From IMG/VR virus record IMGVR_UViG_3300011339_000431, positions 1 through 31,548 of that record: DNA of 31,548 bases. One strand, 5' to 3'. The stretch comes from a virus. Its lineage: Duplodnaviria; Caudoviricetes. How positions within the stretch are numbered: the first letter of the stretch is position 1; every line of letters begins with the position of its first letter. This document shows, one piece after another, positions 1-8,048 of this stretch. Made by a program: the position numbers and the translations under genes. The notes beneath the pieces are model-generated. The model had not been told where the DNA came from. It searched no databases and saw only the letters and a list, made by a program, of their open reading frames with translations.

Positions 1-1
1 A

Positions 2-157
2 GTCCAACAGGTCAGCAATGCAGTCATGCAGCAACGTGCCTTCGTCGGCGTAAGTGCTGCTGGGCTTTGGCGGCATCGCCGCCACCAGTTTCACCGAACC
101 GGGGCAGTTGATCACCCTCTCGGCGGTCGAGCCGCCGACGATGTTACTGTGCTTCAA
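2..157 (-). CDS. 5' part of DUF2800-family (Cas4-like PD-(D/E)XK) phage nuclease, truncated by the window edge
   Basis: Manual translation from TTG at 157: MKHSNIVGGSTAERVINCPGSVKLVAAMPPKPSSTYADEGTLLHDCIADLLD. The HS..S.A.R...CPGS..L...SS.YA.EGT..H pattern matches the DUF2800 N-terminus. GAGGAGG SD lies 6 nt upstream. Confidence 0.8.
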   Translation of the reverse strand, partial: MKHSNIVGGSTAERVINCPGSVKLVAAMPPKPSSTYADEGTLLHDCIADLLD

Positions 158-311
158 CTGGAGCCTCCTCGGGTTCGTTGCTGAACACGACCTTTGGGTC
201 GTAGGAATAGGTCGAGAGATCGGCCTTGTTGAAGTTGCCTTCTGGGAAGCGTTTCTGCGCCCAGGCCAGCAGGATGTCGTGGATTTCGGTAGTGTCGAGT
301 GTCAGTTTCAT
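144..311 (-). CDS. Small hypothetical protein (55 aa), first gene of the leftward operon
   Basis: Manual translation MKLTLDTTEIHDILLAWAQKRFPEGNFNKADLSTYSYDPKVVFSNEPEEAPVEAQ*. It lies downstream of a predicted promoter and overlaps the next start. Confidence 0.65.
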   Translation of the reverse strand: MKLTLDTTEIHDILLAWAQKRFPEGNFNKADLSTYSYDPKVVFSNEPEEAPVEAQ

Positions 312-361
312 GGTTCACTTTCGTTTTTACGGGTGACCGACCCGCTGCGGTTCAAGCCACA

Positions 362-389
362 ATGTTATCATCACCGCAACCCAAGTCAA
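362..389 (-). promoter_or_regulatory. Sigma70-like leftward promoter
   Basis: Minus strand reads TTGACT-16 nt-TAACAT with a TGn extended -10. A CGGGT-N5-ACCCG hairpin follows in the leader. Confidence 0.6.
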
Positions 390-399
390 CAACTTTTTT

Positions 400-684
400 A
401 TGCTTGAACGTGACATTGAACGCTATCTGTTGAAACGTGTTGAGGCGTGTGGAGGCCGCGCGTACAAGTTCGTTAGCCCCGGCAGGGCTGGTGTAGCCGA
501 CCGAATTGTGTGCCTGCCGAACGGCGAGACATGGTTCGTTGAGGTCAAGACCGAAGGCGGGCGATTGTCTGCCTTGCAAAAAGTTTTTGCCGAAGATATG
601 ATGCGCCTCAACCAGCGATACGTTGTTGTCTGGAACAAGGAGCAAGTTGATGAATTTACGGCCATATCAGGAGACAGCGGCTGA
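400..684 (+). CDS. VRR-NUC domain nuclease
   Basis: E..IE..L...V...GG..YKFVSPG..GV.DRIV..P.G...FVEVK...GRLS.LQ motif; directly upstream of an SNF2 helicase, as is typical. Confidence 0.9.
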   Translation: MLERDIERYLLKRVEACGGRAYKFVSPGRAGVADRIVCLPNGETWFVEVKTEGGRLSALQKVFAEDMMRLNQRYVVVWNKEQVDEFTAISGDSG

Positions 685-1921
685 CTTCCTGTACGGACGC
701 GACCGCGCGATGATCCTTGCGCCTGTGGGCGCGGGCAAGACCGCCATCACCCTAGCGGCGATGCGCGACATGGCCCGCAAGTTCTTGGTCGTCGCCCCGA
801 AACGGGTGGCGGTGTCGGTCTGGCCGACCGAGACAAAGAAATGGGCGCCTAACCTGTCGGTGGCCGTTTGCGTCGGCACGCCAGCGCAGCGGCTGAAGGC
901 GCTGATGGACGACGCCGACATCACGGTCACCAACTACGACAACCTGCAATGGCTGTCGAACAATATGCGCCCGTTTGACGGGATCGTGTTTGACGAACTG
1001 ACCCGGCTGAAGAACCCATCAGGCGCGCGGTTCAAGGCGCTGCTAAAGGTCATTGACCCAATCCAGATCAGGTGGGGCTTGACCGGATCGTTCACCTCGA
1101 ACGGTCTGGAAGACGTATTCGGCCAATGCAAGATCATCGATCAGTCCCTGCTGGGCCGCAGCAAGGGCGCATTCCAGCAGCAATACTTTGTGCTGATCAA
1201 CAAGGAATTCGGCCAATGGGAGCCGCGCGTCGGGTCGCTTCAGTTGGTCATGGATCGCATCAAGCGCGCCACGTTCGTATTGGAGCCAGGCGAGTACGCC
1301 GACAAGTTGCCGCCGTTGCACACCGTGGACGTTGACTGTGAGATGGACATGGGCGACTACAAGGAGATGAAGCAGGAGATGGTGCTGCGCTACGGCGATG
1401 AGCGCGCCATAGCCGCCAACGCCGCTGTGGTCACGGCCAAGTTACAGCAACTGGCGTCAGGGTTCGTTTACGCCGAGAACGGCGTGACCGTTCGCACCTC
1501 GACGCACAAGTTCGACGCGCTCGACAATCTTTTGCAAGAAAATCAACGCGCCAATACAATAATTGTTTACAATTTCCAAGCGGAAATGGAAGAACTTCAG
1601 CGCCGCTACCCGAAGGCCAGAACCATCGATGGGGCCATTGATGATTGGAATGAAGGAAAAGTGCAGTTGCTTCTGATCCACCCCAAGTCAGCGGGGCACG
1701 GGCTGAATCTTCAGCACGGCGGCAGCAAGATCGTGTTTTTTTCGTTGCCGTGGTCGTTGGAGTTGTACGAGCAGACGGTGGGGCGACTGCACCGTAGCGG
1801 TCAGCGCCACGATGTCTGGTGCTACCGGATGATCACCAAGGACACCGTGGACGAAAAGATTGCGCGGGCGTTGCAAGACAAGCGGTCGGTGTCTGACATT
1901 GCGATGGAGGCGTTGAAGTGA
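650..1921 (+). CDS. SNF2-like (SF2) helicase
   Basis: LRPYQ Q-motif, GAGKT (I), DELT (II), LTGS (III), SAGHGLNLQ (V), QTVGRLHRSGQ (VI). Start moved to ATG 650, which has AGGAG upstream. Confidence 0.92.
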   Translation: MNLRPYQETAADFLYGRDRAMILAPVGAGKTAITLAAMRDMARKFLVVAPKRVAVSVWPTETKKWAPNLSVAVCVGTPAQRLKALMDDADITVTNYDNLQWLSNNMRPFDGIVFDELTRLKNPSGARFKALLKVIDPIQIRWGLTGSFTSNGLEDVFGQCKIIDQSLLGRSKGAFQQQYFVLINKEFGQWEPRVGSLQLVMDRIKRATFVLEPGEYADKLPPLHTVDVDCEMDMGDYKEMKQEMVLRYGDERAIAANAAVVTAKLQQLASGFVYAENGVTVRTSTHKFDALDNLLQENQRANTIIVYNFQAEMEELQRRYPKARTIDGAIDDWNEGKVQLLLIHPKSAGHGLNLQHGGSKIVFFSLPWSLELYEQTVGRLHRSGQRHDVWCYRMITKDTVDEKIARALQDKRSVSDIAMEALK

Positions 1922-2196
1922 AAGAGAAGTTGTTTGCCGCGAAAGCGGAATTGAAGATCAGGCAGCGGCAATTAAACGCCGCTCAACGTGGGTACACAAA
2001 GGTTGTCAAGACCATAGAGGAACTGAATGGACGCGCTCGAAAACTGGCGGAAGTTGAACGACATTTTGAACACATACGACGAGGCGATGGTGCTGAGTCT
2101 GTTGGAACACGAGAAGAAGAACCGTTGCAGGGCGATGTTTCTGCAACGCCTGCACCAGAGGTACAGCGCCCTGCGAGTGTCGCGGGAACGGATTGA
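1918..2196 (+). CDS. Hypothetical protein with basic coiled-coil N-terminus
   Basis: GTGA overlap with the helicase stop and GGAGG SD. The C-terminal half overlaps the next gene in another frame. Confidence 0.5.
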   Translation: MKEKLFAAKAELKIRQRQLNAAQRGYTKVVKTIEELNGRARKLAEVERHFEHIRRGDGAESVGTREEEPLQGDVSATPAPEVQRPASVAGTD

Positions 2197-2224
2197 ACTG
2201 TTGTCGAAAGCGCGCGCCGTATGA
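2027..2224 (+). CDS. Hypothetical helical phage protein (65 aa)
   Basis: GAGG SD, ATGA coupling to the next gene, protein-like amphipathic sequence (RLHQRYSALRVSRER). Confidence 0.7.
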   Translation: MDALENWRKLNDILNTYDEAMVLSLLEHEKKNRCRAMFLQRLHQRYSALRVSRERIELLSKARAV

Positions 2225-2439
2225 AGTGGAATGTTGGGACACCCCCTAAATCTGGCTGGTACGCGGCGCGGTTTGCGCGTGACACCACACAAGGCTGGAA
2301 CAACGCTTACCGTTGGTGGGATGGCAAGCGGTGGTCGTGGCCTGCTTTTCCGCATGAGTCAGCGGTCAAGGCCGCACGCTGGGCGGCTAAGAAGGAAGTC
2401 AAGTCTTACAACTGGGAAATCATATGGGGGGTCAAGTGA
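2221..2439 (+). CDS. Trp-rich hypothetical protein
   Basis: W..G.PP..GWY...RWWDG..WS pattern; coupled at both ends. Confidence 0.7.
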   Translation: MKWNVGTPPKSGWYAARFARDTTQGWNNAYRWWDGKRWSWPAFPHESAVKAARWAAKKEVKSYNWEIIWGVK

Positions 2440-2765
2440 TGGGCACACCGATTTTTGGCACGCAGTATGTATTGGACTTTACGCCGGAAGGTGAGGAACA
2501 CCCCAACGTCATTGATCGATTTGTGAAGCAAGAACATTTTTGCGACACACATTGCGTCTGGACTAACCATCATTCTGATTGTGCTCTTGCGCAGCCTGAG
2601 CCTGTTATTCCGTTCAGCGTAAATCCAGATAAAGACGACAAACGAAAGCCGCTGACGGAGGAGGAGATCGAAAACCTCGGCCCGCTGTCGTTTACATGGC
2701 GCGACATGGTGCAGTTCGCCCGGGCCATCGAGAAAGCGCACGGGATTGGCGGTGAGCATGAGTGA
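2439..2765 (+). CDS. Hypothetical modular protein with Cys/His motif
   Basis: TGATG coupling; contains FCDTHCVWTNHHSDC and a C-terminal RKPLTEEEI...FARAIEKAHGI segment. Confidence 0.7.
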   Translation: MGTPIFGTQYVLDFTPEGEEHPNVIDRFVKQEHFCDTHCVWTNHHSDCALAQPEPVIPFSVNPDKDDKRKPLTEEEIENLGPLSFTWRDMVQFARAIEKAHGIGGEHE

Positions 2766-2961
2766 CCTACGAAAAGCAGCGCAAGCCGTTGTAGACCGCT
2801 GGGACACGCCGCTGTGGAAAGACGCGTTGCACACAAGCGTATTTATCGACGCCCTCCGCGCCGCCCTTGCGCAACCTGACGAATCGTTTTGCGACACCCA
2901 TTGCACGTGGCATGACCATCACCCTTATTGTGAGTTTAGGAAGGTTACTGATGAAACATAA
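2758..2961 (+). CDS. Hypothetical modular protein with a second copy of the Cys/His motif
   Basis: GGTGAG upstream of ATG 2758; contains FCDTHCTWHDHHPYC. Confidence 0.7.
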   Translation: MSDLRKAAQAVVDRWDTPLWKDALHTSVFIDALRAALAQPDESFCDTHCTWHDHHPYCEFRKVTDET

Positions 2962-3109
2962 ACACCCAAGAACAATGCAGGAAGCCTTTGGGCCGTACAC
3001 CAACGATTACGTTTACGACGATGACCCGGCCCAGCCGTGGATGTTCTGGCTGGCCGTAGGGGTTACGGTTTTGCTGGCCATCTTGATCGTCTGGTTGATG
3101 ATATGCTGA
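2951..3109 (+). CDS. Small single-TM membrane protein
   Basis: MKHKHPRTMQEAFGPY... followed by hydrophobic WMFWLAVGVTVLLAILIVWLMIC; AAGG SD. Confidence 0.65.
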   Translation: MKHKHPRTMQEAFGPYTNDYVYDDDPAQPWMFWLAVGVTVLLAILIVWLMIC

Positions 3110-3303
3110 TCTTCCGCCGCTGTATGCTTGTGGCGATGCTGACCGAAGACGCGCCGCCAGAGAAGGCCGAGAGCATCGTGCTTGGCGCGTTGGCCGCAAT
3201 CGGCTACACCGTGCCTACGCCGATGCCCAAAGGCGACGTTGGGGCGCTGACTCTTTACATTAGGAACTACGCGCATGAGTACGGCAAACGACGCACAGAT
3301 TGA
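3103..3303 (+). CDS. Hypothetical protein
   Basis: Fills the gap in a coupled operon, overlapping both neighbours; start uncertain. Confidence 0.5.
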   Translation: MLIFRRCMLVAMLTEDAPPEKAESIVLGALAAIGYTVPTPMPKGDVGALTLYIRNYAHEYGKRRTD

Positions 3304-3526
3304 CGGGTCGCACTACCGGAATCTCAAGATTCAGACTTGGGATTACATCGTGCAAAACGACATCCAGTACCTTGAAGGCAACATCATCAAGTACGTCAGT
3401 CGCTGGCGATCCAAGAACGGCATGACCGACTTGTTGAAAGCCCAGCACTACCTTACAAAACTAATCGAAACAGAAAATGAACGAATTGGAAGCGTTGCGT
3501 TTGCTAGTGGAACAGCAAAAGGCTGA
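3275..3526 (+). CDS. DUF3310 (SaV-like / T7 gp1.7-related) protein
   Basis: Q..G.HY....IQ.WDYI......YLEGNIIKY..RW..KNG..DL.KA.HYL signature. Confidence 0.85.
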   Translation: MSTANDAQIDGSHYRNLKIQTWDYIVQNDIQYLEGNIIKYVSRWRSKNGMTDLLKAQHYLTKLIETENERIGSVAFASGTAKG

Positions 3527-3590
3527 GATTGAGCAACTTAAAAACGACTTGAAAATGATTCTGAAAGCCTGGCGTGATCAAATGTCCTGA
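3477..3590 (+). CDS. Short coiled-coil protein (37 aa)
   Basis: Manual translation MNELEALRLLVEQQKAEIEQLKNDLKMILKAWRDQMS*; heptad pattern. Confidence 0.5.
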   Translation: MNELEALRLLVEQQKAEIEQLKNDLKMILKAWRDQMS

Positions 3591-3741
3591 GTGTGGGAGG
3601 CACGCTAAGGTGCTGGAGTCTCGTAAGCGCCTAGAGGGTCAATACCGGCGGTACGAGTGTCAGTCAGGACACCGTTGGAGTGTCTTAACCCGCAATCCCG
3701 CGAGTCTTCTCGAAAGTACGAAGGCTACTCATTCCGAGTAG
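3574..3741 (+). CDS. Zinc-ribbon protein (NrdR-N / Ogr-Delta-like), possible transcription regulator
   Basis: Manual translation MIKCPECGRHAKVLESRKRLEGQYRRYECQSGHRWSVLTRNPASLLESTKATHSE*; CxxC...VLESR...RRYECxxGH. Confidence 0.7.
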   Translation: MIKCPECGRHAKVLESRKRLEGQYRRYECQSGHRWSVLTRNPASLLESTKATHSE

Positions 3742-4068
3742 CGCGCACAAGAGTTCGGTCAGCACCCCGTCCGTTACCAGCACGGGCGGCTTGACCGCAG
3801 GCCACCAGATAGCGGTGGCCCACAACAGCAGCGGATAGAAAATGTAGGTGTACGCCATCGCCAGACCGCATACCCAGCCGATTGCAGGTCGCCAGCCGGA
3901 GGTGAATACGTTAGGGCTGGCGGCTTCGACTTTGTTGATTTCCTGCTGGCCCTGCAACAGCGTCAGCGCCGCCGCCATCTGAGCCTTTTCTTGCTCAGTC
4001 TTGTCAGGCCAGACTTTGTTGATTACGTCCGAAACCAGCGTGGCGACCGCCGAGTCTATTATTGCCAC
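3685..4068 (-). CDS. Holin-like protein (3TM holin / GTA-type holin family)
   Basis: KVWPDK..E.A...INKVEA.S...F.SGWRPAIGWVCG...LLGM..LRTFEK signature; adjacent to the endolysin. GTG start at 4068 with GGAG SD. Confidence 0.85.
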   Translation of the reverse strand: MAIIDSAVATLVSDVINKVWPDKTEQEKAQMAAALTLLQGQQEINKVEAASPNVFTSGWRPAIGWVCGLAMAYTYIFYPLLLWATAIWWPAVKPPVLVTDGVLTELLCALLGMSSLRTFEKTRGIAG

Positions 4069-4478
4069 AAATTTGTCTCCATCTGCTTGGCAAGACGCGC
4101 GGCGCGACCGGGCGTTTGAATTGCCCACTTTGAATCCAGCATAGCCTTGGCAGCGTCGGCCCAATCGCCGTTCTCGATCAGTTTTAAAGTCTGCTTGAAT
4201 TCCAGCAGGCCCGCCGTGCCCAACTGAAAGGCCATGTTAATTAGAACACCCTGCCGCGCTGACGACAAGTTGCCGAAAAACGGCAGCGCCTTCTTCAGCG
4301 CCTCGCGCCGGTCTTGGATGTCGTTGTTCAACAAGTAGGCGATCTCATCAACACGCAGACCGCCGCCGCGCCGCTTGTCGATCAACCTGCCCACGCCTAT
4401 GGTTTGGTAGCCTAGATGGTCGAGGTAGCAGGTTGCTGATTCGCCCTCGTCCCGGCGCAGTTGATCGACGATGTTCAT
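4059..4478 (-). CDS. Endolysin, T4-lysozyme-like (GH24)
   Basis: DEG-x(7)-D-x(5)-TIGVG catalytic E/D/T spacing, NMAFQLG, SKWAIQTPGRA. Confidence 0.93.
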   Translation of the reverse strand: MNIVDQLRRDEGESATCYLDHLGYQTIGVGRLIDKRRGGGLRVDEIAYLLNNDIQDRREALKKALPFFGNLSSARQGVLINMAFQLGTAGLLEFKQTLKLIENGDWADAAKAMLDSKWAIQTPGRAARLAKQMETNLWQ

Positions 4479-4711
4479 GGCTTGTCTGCCTTCCCATCTA
4501 GCCGATCAAACAGTTTGGTCAGCATCTCTTTGATCTCGCGGATGTCGTCCTTGTAGTCGTCCCGCACAACGTATGTGCGAGGCAACTCCTCGCGCAGCTT
4601 AGCAAGGTCAGATTTCAAATCCTTGACCGCTGCCCACAACTCGCGGGCAAACCAGCCCAACACACTTGCCGCTGCCCCGAAGGCAAGATTGATGAGGTCT
4701 TGTGAGTTCAT
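4475..4711 (-). CDS. Lysis-cassette membrane protein (N-terminal TM plus coiled coil)
   Basis: Hydrophobic N-terminus, heptad-rich remainder; ATGA-coupled on both sides. Confidence 0.75.
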   Translation of the reverse strand: MNSQDLINLAFGAAASVLGWFARELWAAVKDLKSDLAKLREELPRTYVVRDDYKDDIREIKEMLTKLFDRLDGKADKP

Positions 4712-6732
4712 GGTGCAAGGTTGTTGGTTTTTTCTTGTTGAGACAACGCGTTAACAGCGGCGGGTGTGCGGATAACGGTAGACGCCGCTTTACCTGCGGC
4801 TTTGAACGGGTCGCTAAGTTTTTGTCCACTAGCCTGACGCGCCATCGCTTTTTCTAGCGCAGTTGCCGCCGCAGCAGGGTCTAGCATTTCCGTTGCCAAT
4901 TCTATGGCTAACTTCTGGTCTAGTTTTCCTTGCAGCCGTCGCATGATGTCGTTGGCAACCGTAGCAACCGTGTTCATGAAGTTAGGCACCCGCGCGCCAG
5001 CCAACGCCGCCGTGCCTAGCAAACCAACGTCCGGCCCCGCGCCTTTGGCCGCTGACGCTTGCGCCTCAGTCAACTTGTTTCGCGCCAGATCGTTCCTCAC
5101 GCTCTCCAGTATTTTGATCTGATCTGGCTCAAGAACGTCGCTCAACTGGTCAAACCTAGACTGCCCGGTAGCGCGCTTGATAGTCCCCGGCGCTTCTTTA
5201 AGCGCCGCAGCATAGCCAGCCGACCGCAGCCGCGCGGTGTCTTCGCCGAGTGCTGGGGTCAGTTTGCCTTCAAGATATTGGCCTACCTGCATCTGATTGA
5301 TGGGTTTGCTCTCAGCAGCAAAAGTTTCGCGCGCGGTTTTGTACGCTGGAACTTTATCTTCAACCCACGCCAAATAGCCTTTCTTGGCGGTCTGGATTGC
5401 ATTGGCAGCGTTTACGGCTAAAGGTGTTCCCGGCGTCGGGTTGGCCGCATCATCAAGCGCAAGTTTTACTAGATGCGCGCCTTTGCCGGTCAGTTTTCCT
5501 TCGCCGGTAAACATAGGCACGCCTTTGTTGGCGGCTATGGTCGCGGCGTCGTCAAACGCTTTCTTGACGGCAGGGCGCTCCATCAATTTGACAAGCTCAG
5601 GGTCGTACTTATACCCGGCTACAACGTGTTCGTAGATGGGCTGGCCCCCTACTGACGACACAGGTTTCATAATCGGCTGGTTTGTCAACGGGTCAACGCC
5701 AGCCTCAATCATCTGCGGCACGCCAGACTCAACTTCTTTCAGCGGCGCGCCTTTGGCGGTTGTGCCAACCTGTACGGGACGGAACTGACGCTCTCGCCCA
5801 GGCAGCGCGGCCTCATCGGAAACACCGTACAGTTCTTTGGCTGTGGCGGCGCGCGCGGCTTCGGCTGCGCGAAGTTCATCCGGCGTTCTGCCGACTTGTT
5901 GAACAGCGGCCAGTTGAGCGGCTTTTTGTGCTTCCCCGCGCTCAAAATACGGCGTCGGTAGCGTTTTGGCTGAACTAGCCCCAAGGACAGAAAATCGCGT
6001 AGCGCCTACGGGCGCGGCGGCTTGCGCTGCCGTTGGCATACTCCCCGGCACAAGTTCTGTTGGGTTACGCAGCGCGTTCAGTATCTCCCCGCCTCGGCCT
6101 TCTGCTGCCGTCAGGTATGCAACCGATTTAGGGTCTAGTGCGTTGCGAACAGCGCCAACACCTCTTGCCGCTAACCCCACAGGCACTTCAATGGCTTTAG
6201 CAAACGGGAGCGCAACGTTAGTAAGCGTGGATGCTTTAGCAAGTGCATTGCCGGTGGCTGTAGCGCCGACAGCGCGCGCCGCGCCGCCGCCGCCGCCCAG
6301 CAGAGTAGACAGGTCGCCAACAGCACCTACAGGGTCTTCAGCAAACGTGCGCTTAATTGCGTCGTAGTTGCCGTACCTGTCCGCGTACATCCCGCCGACG
6401 GCGGTAGCCGCCGAACTAGCGCGTTTAGCCGCAGCAGGATCGGCGTCAAATCGGTCTACAAAGTTGACGACTTGTGCAGGCAGCGAGTTACGAAGCGCGC
6501 CCGCGCCGATGTCCATTATGCCGGTAAGCGTTTGGAGAGGGTGCATAACCATCTCCACCATTCCCGTCGCAAAACGGCCTGCGCTGGCGGGGGCGTTTTC
6601 AAACGCTGCGCCGGGGATTTCAGACAGCGCGTACTTAGCACGCGGCGCTGTCTGTTCCAGTTGAAAACCAGATGGAAGACTTACGCCTTCCGACGACAGC
6701 GGCTCAAGCGTAAATCCAGCAGGAAGTGCCAT
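4708..6732 (-). CDS. Internal virion / DNA ejection protein (large)
   Basis: 674 aa, Ala-rich and helical; third of three genes in the position of P22 ejection genes; N-terminal LPxGFxLE repeats. Confidence 0.7.
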   Translation of the reverse strand: MALPAGFTLEPLSSEGVSLPSGFQLEQTAPRAKYALSEIPGAAFENAPASAGRFATGMVEMVMHPLQTLTGIMDIGAGALRNSLPAQVVNFVDRFDADPAAAKRASSAATAVGGMYADRYGNYDAIKRTFAEDPVGAVGDLSTLLGGGGGAARAVGATATGNALAKASTLTNVALPFAKAIEVPVGLAARGVGAVRNALDPKSVAYLTAAEGRGGEILNALRNPTELVPGSMPTAAQAAAPVGATRFSVLGASSAKTLPTPYFERGEAQKAAQLAAVQQVGRTPDELRAAEAARAATAKELYGVSDEAALPGRERQFRPVQVGTTAKGAPLKEVESGVPQMIEAGVDPLTNQPIMKPVSSVGGQPIYEHVVAGYKYDPELVKLMERPAVKKAFDDAATIAANKGVPMFTGEGKLTGKGAHLVKLALDDAANPTPGTPLAVNAANAIQTAKKGYLAWVEDKVPAYKTARETFAAESKPINQMQVGQYLEGKLTPALGEDTARLRSAGYAAALKEAPGTIKRATGQSRFDQLSDVLEPDQIKILESVRNDLARNKLTEAQASAAKGAGPDVGLLGTAALAGARVPNFMNTVATVANDIMRRLQGKLDQKLAIELATEMLDPAAAATALEKAMARQASGQKLSDPFKAAGKAASTVIRTPAAVNALSQQEKTNNLAP

Positions 6733-6734
6733 AG

Positions 6735-8045
6735 TTATTTAGCCGGTTGCCAAGTTTTACCGCCGTCGGTAGACATGATACGGTCTTTTCCGTTGGTAGC
6801 ATACATAGGAGCGCCGCCGCGTTTTGGCACGTTGATAGGGTCAGCAGAAAGACCCGTTCCCTCCAACGCTTCAGGAGGAATTTTCTTGGCGCGGCTGTTC
6901 CATGTATCCGCGCTTTTTTCTGCCGTCATGCGCGACAGTCGAGCCAACTCGCCCAATGAACTGGCATTGTATGTAATCTGACCCGCCCGCGCTTTCTCCA
7001 AGAACTCCCGGTCTTTATCCGTAAAGCCTTGCCCTGAGCCAAGGCCAGACGATTTGATCGACTCCAACGTAGTCGCGGCCAGTTGCGACACCAAAACTTC
7101 TGTATTACGGATGCTTTCGTCGTCGTTGCCGCCAGCAAGGTTAAGTGCTTTGGCAATCTGCAACCGAACATTAGCGCCCGTGCCGGTGATGACTTTTCCT
7201 GTCGCCAGCAAGTCTGTAATCCGATCAGCAGTAGCTGCCAATTCCGGCGCGCTTTGCGCCGTAGTCATTAGCCGCATATCGTTTTCAGCGGCTAGCGTAC
7301 CAAACCGTTCACCGTACTTTCTGCCGGATGTGTCTATGTTGACGTTTGTACCCCCCGCGCGGGCAATGTCTCTTTTTTGCGCTACAACAGCCGCTGGCAG
7401 CGGAACATCCGCGTATGTGCCGACCGTTTTAGGCGCGCCGCCGAACGCGGGTACTTGGGCTACATCAGTCTGCCCGTTACGGTTGATTTGGATAGTGCTG
7501 GGCTTCAACTCGCCGGGGCTAGCGCCTTGAGACGCCATAAAAGCGCCGCGCTGATCGATTGGCATATCCAAAATTCGACTTGCGGTCGAACTTATACCTG
7601 CTTTTTCTTCGGGCGAAAACAGCGGGCTAGCTGCCAAATCTTCCATGTACGCCGTAATGTTGGCGTCGGATGGATTTGTGCTGATGTCCCGCAAAAGTTG
7701 GGACGTAAAATCTTTTCTGGCTTTTTCGACTTTAAAACGCGTCTCTCTTTGTGTAAGCGCCGCCGTTTCCTGCTCAGTCAACGCTTTGCTGTATCCCAAA
7801 CCAGTTTTGCCAAACCGCGCCAGACCAGCACGCGTTTCTGGACTAGCCAAATCCGCGCTAGATAGGTAGTTCCGCAACCCCTCTTCTTCGGCGCGGGCGC
7901 GTTCGTACTCGGCCATCTGCGCGTCAGCCAACCGGTTCTGCCGCTGCGCGGCTTGAATCTGCTGCATCTGGCCGTACTGCGCCAACTGGTTGGGCAGTTC
8001 AATGCCCCGGTAGCTCATAGCGATGTTTGGGTCAACGAGTGCCAT
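6735..8045 (-). CDS. Internal virion / DNA ejection protein
   Basis: 436 aa, Gln/Ala-rich helical N-terminus; position corresponds to P22 gene 20. Confidence 0.7.
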   Translation of the reverse strand: MALVDPNIAMSYRGIELPNQLAQYGQMQQIQAAQRQNRLADAQMAEYERARAEEEGLRNYLSSADLASPETRAGLARFGKTGLGYSKALTEQETAALTQRETRFKVEKARKDFTSQLLRDISTNPSDANITAYMEDLAASPLFSPEEKAGISSTASRILDMPIDQRGAFMASQGASPGELKPSTIQINRNGQTDVAQVPAFGGAPKTVGTYADVPLPAAVVAQKRDIARAGGTNVNIDTSGRKYGERFGTLAAENDMRLMTTAQSAPELAATADRITDLLATGKVITGTGANVRLQIAKALNLAGGNDDESIRNTEVLVSQLAATTLESIKSSGLGSGQGFTDKDREFLEKARAGQITYNASSLGELARLSRMTAEKSADTWNSRAKKIPPEALEGTGLSADPINVPKRGGAPMYATNGKDRIMSTDGGKTWQPAK

Positions 8046-8048
8046 GAT

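Noticed and set aside
54-407. 117-aa plus-strand ORF
   Set aside because: Antisense to two better-supported minus-strand genes (DUF2800-like and the 55-aa ORF) and runs across the promoter region.
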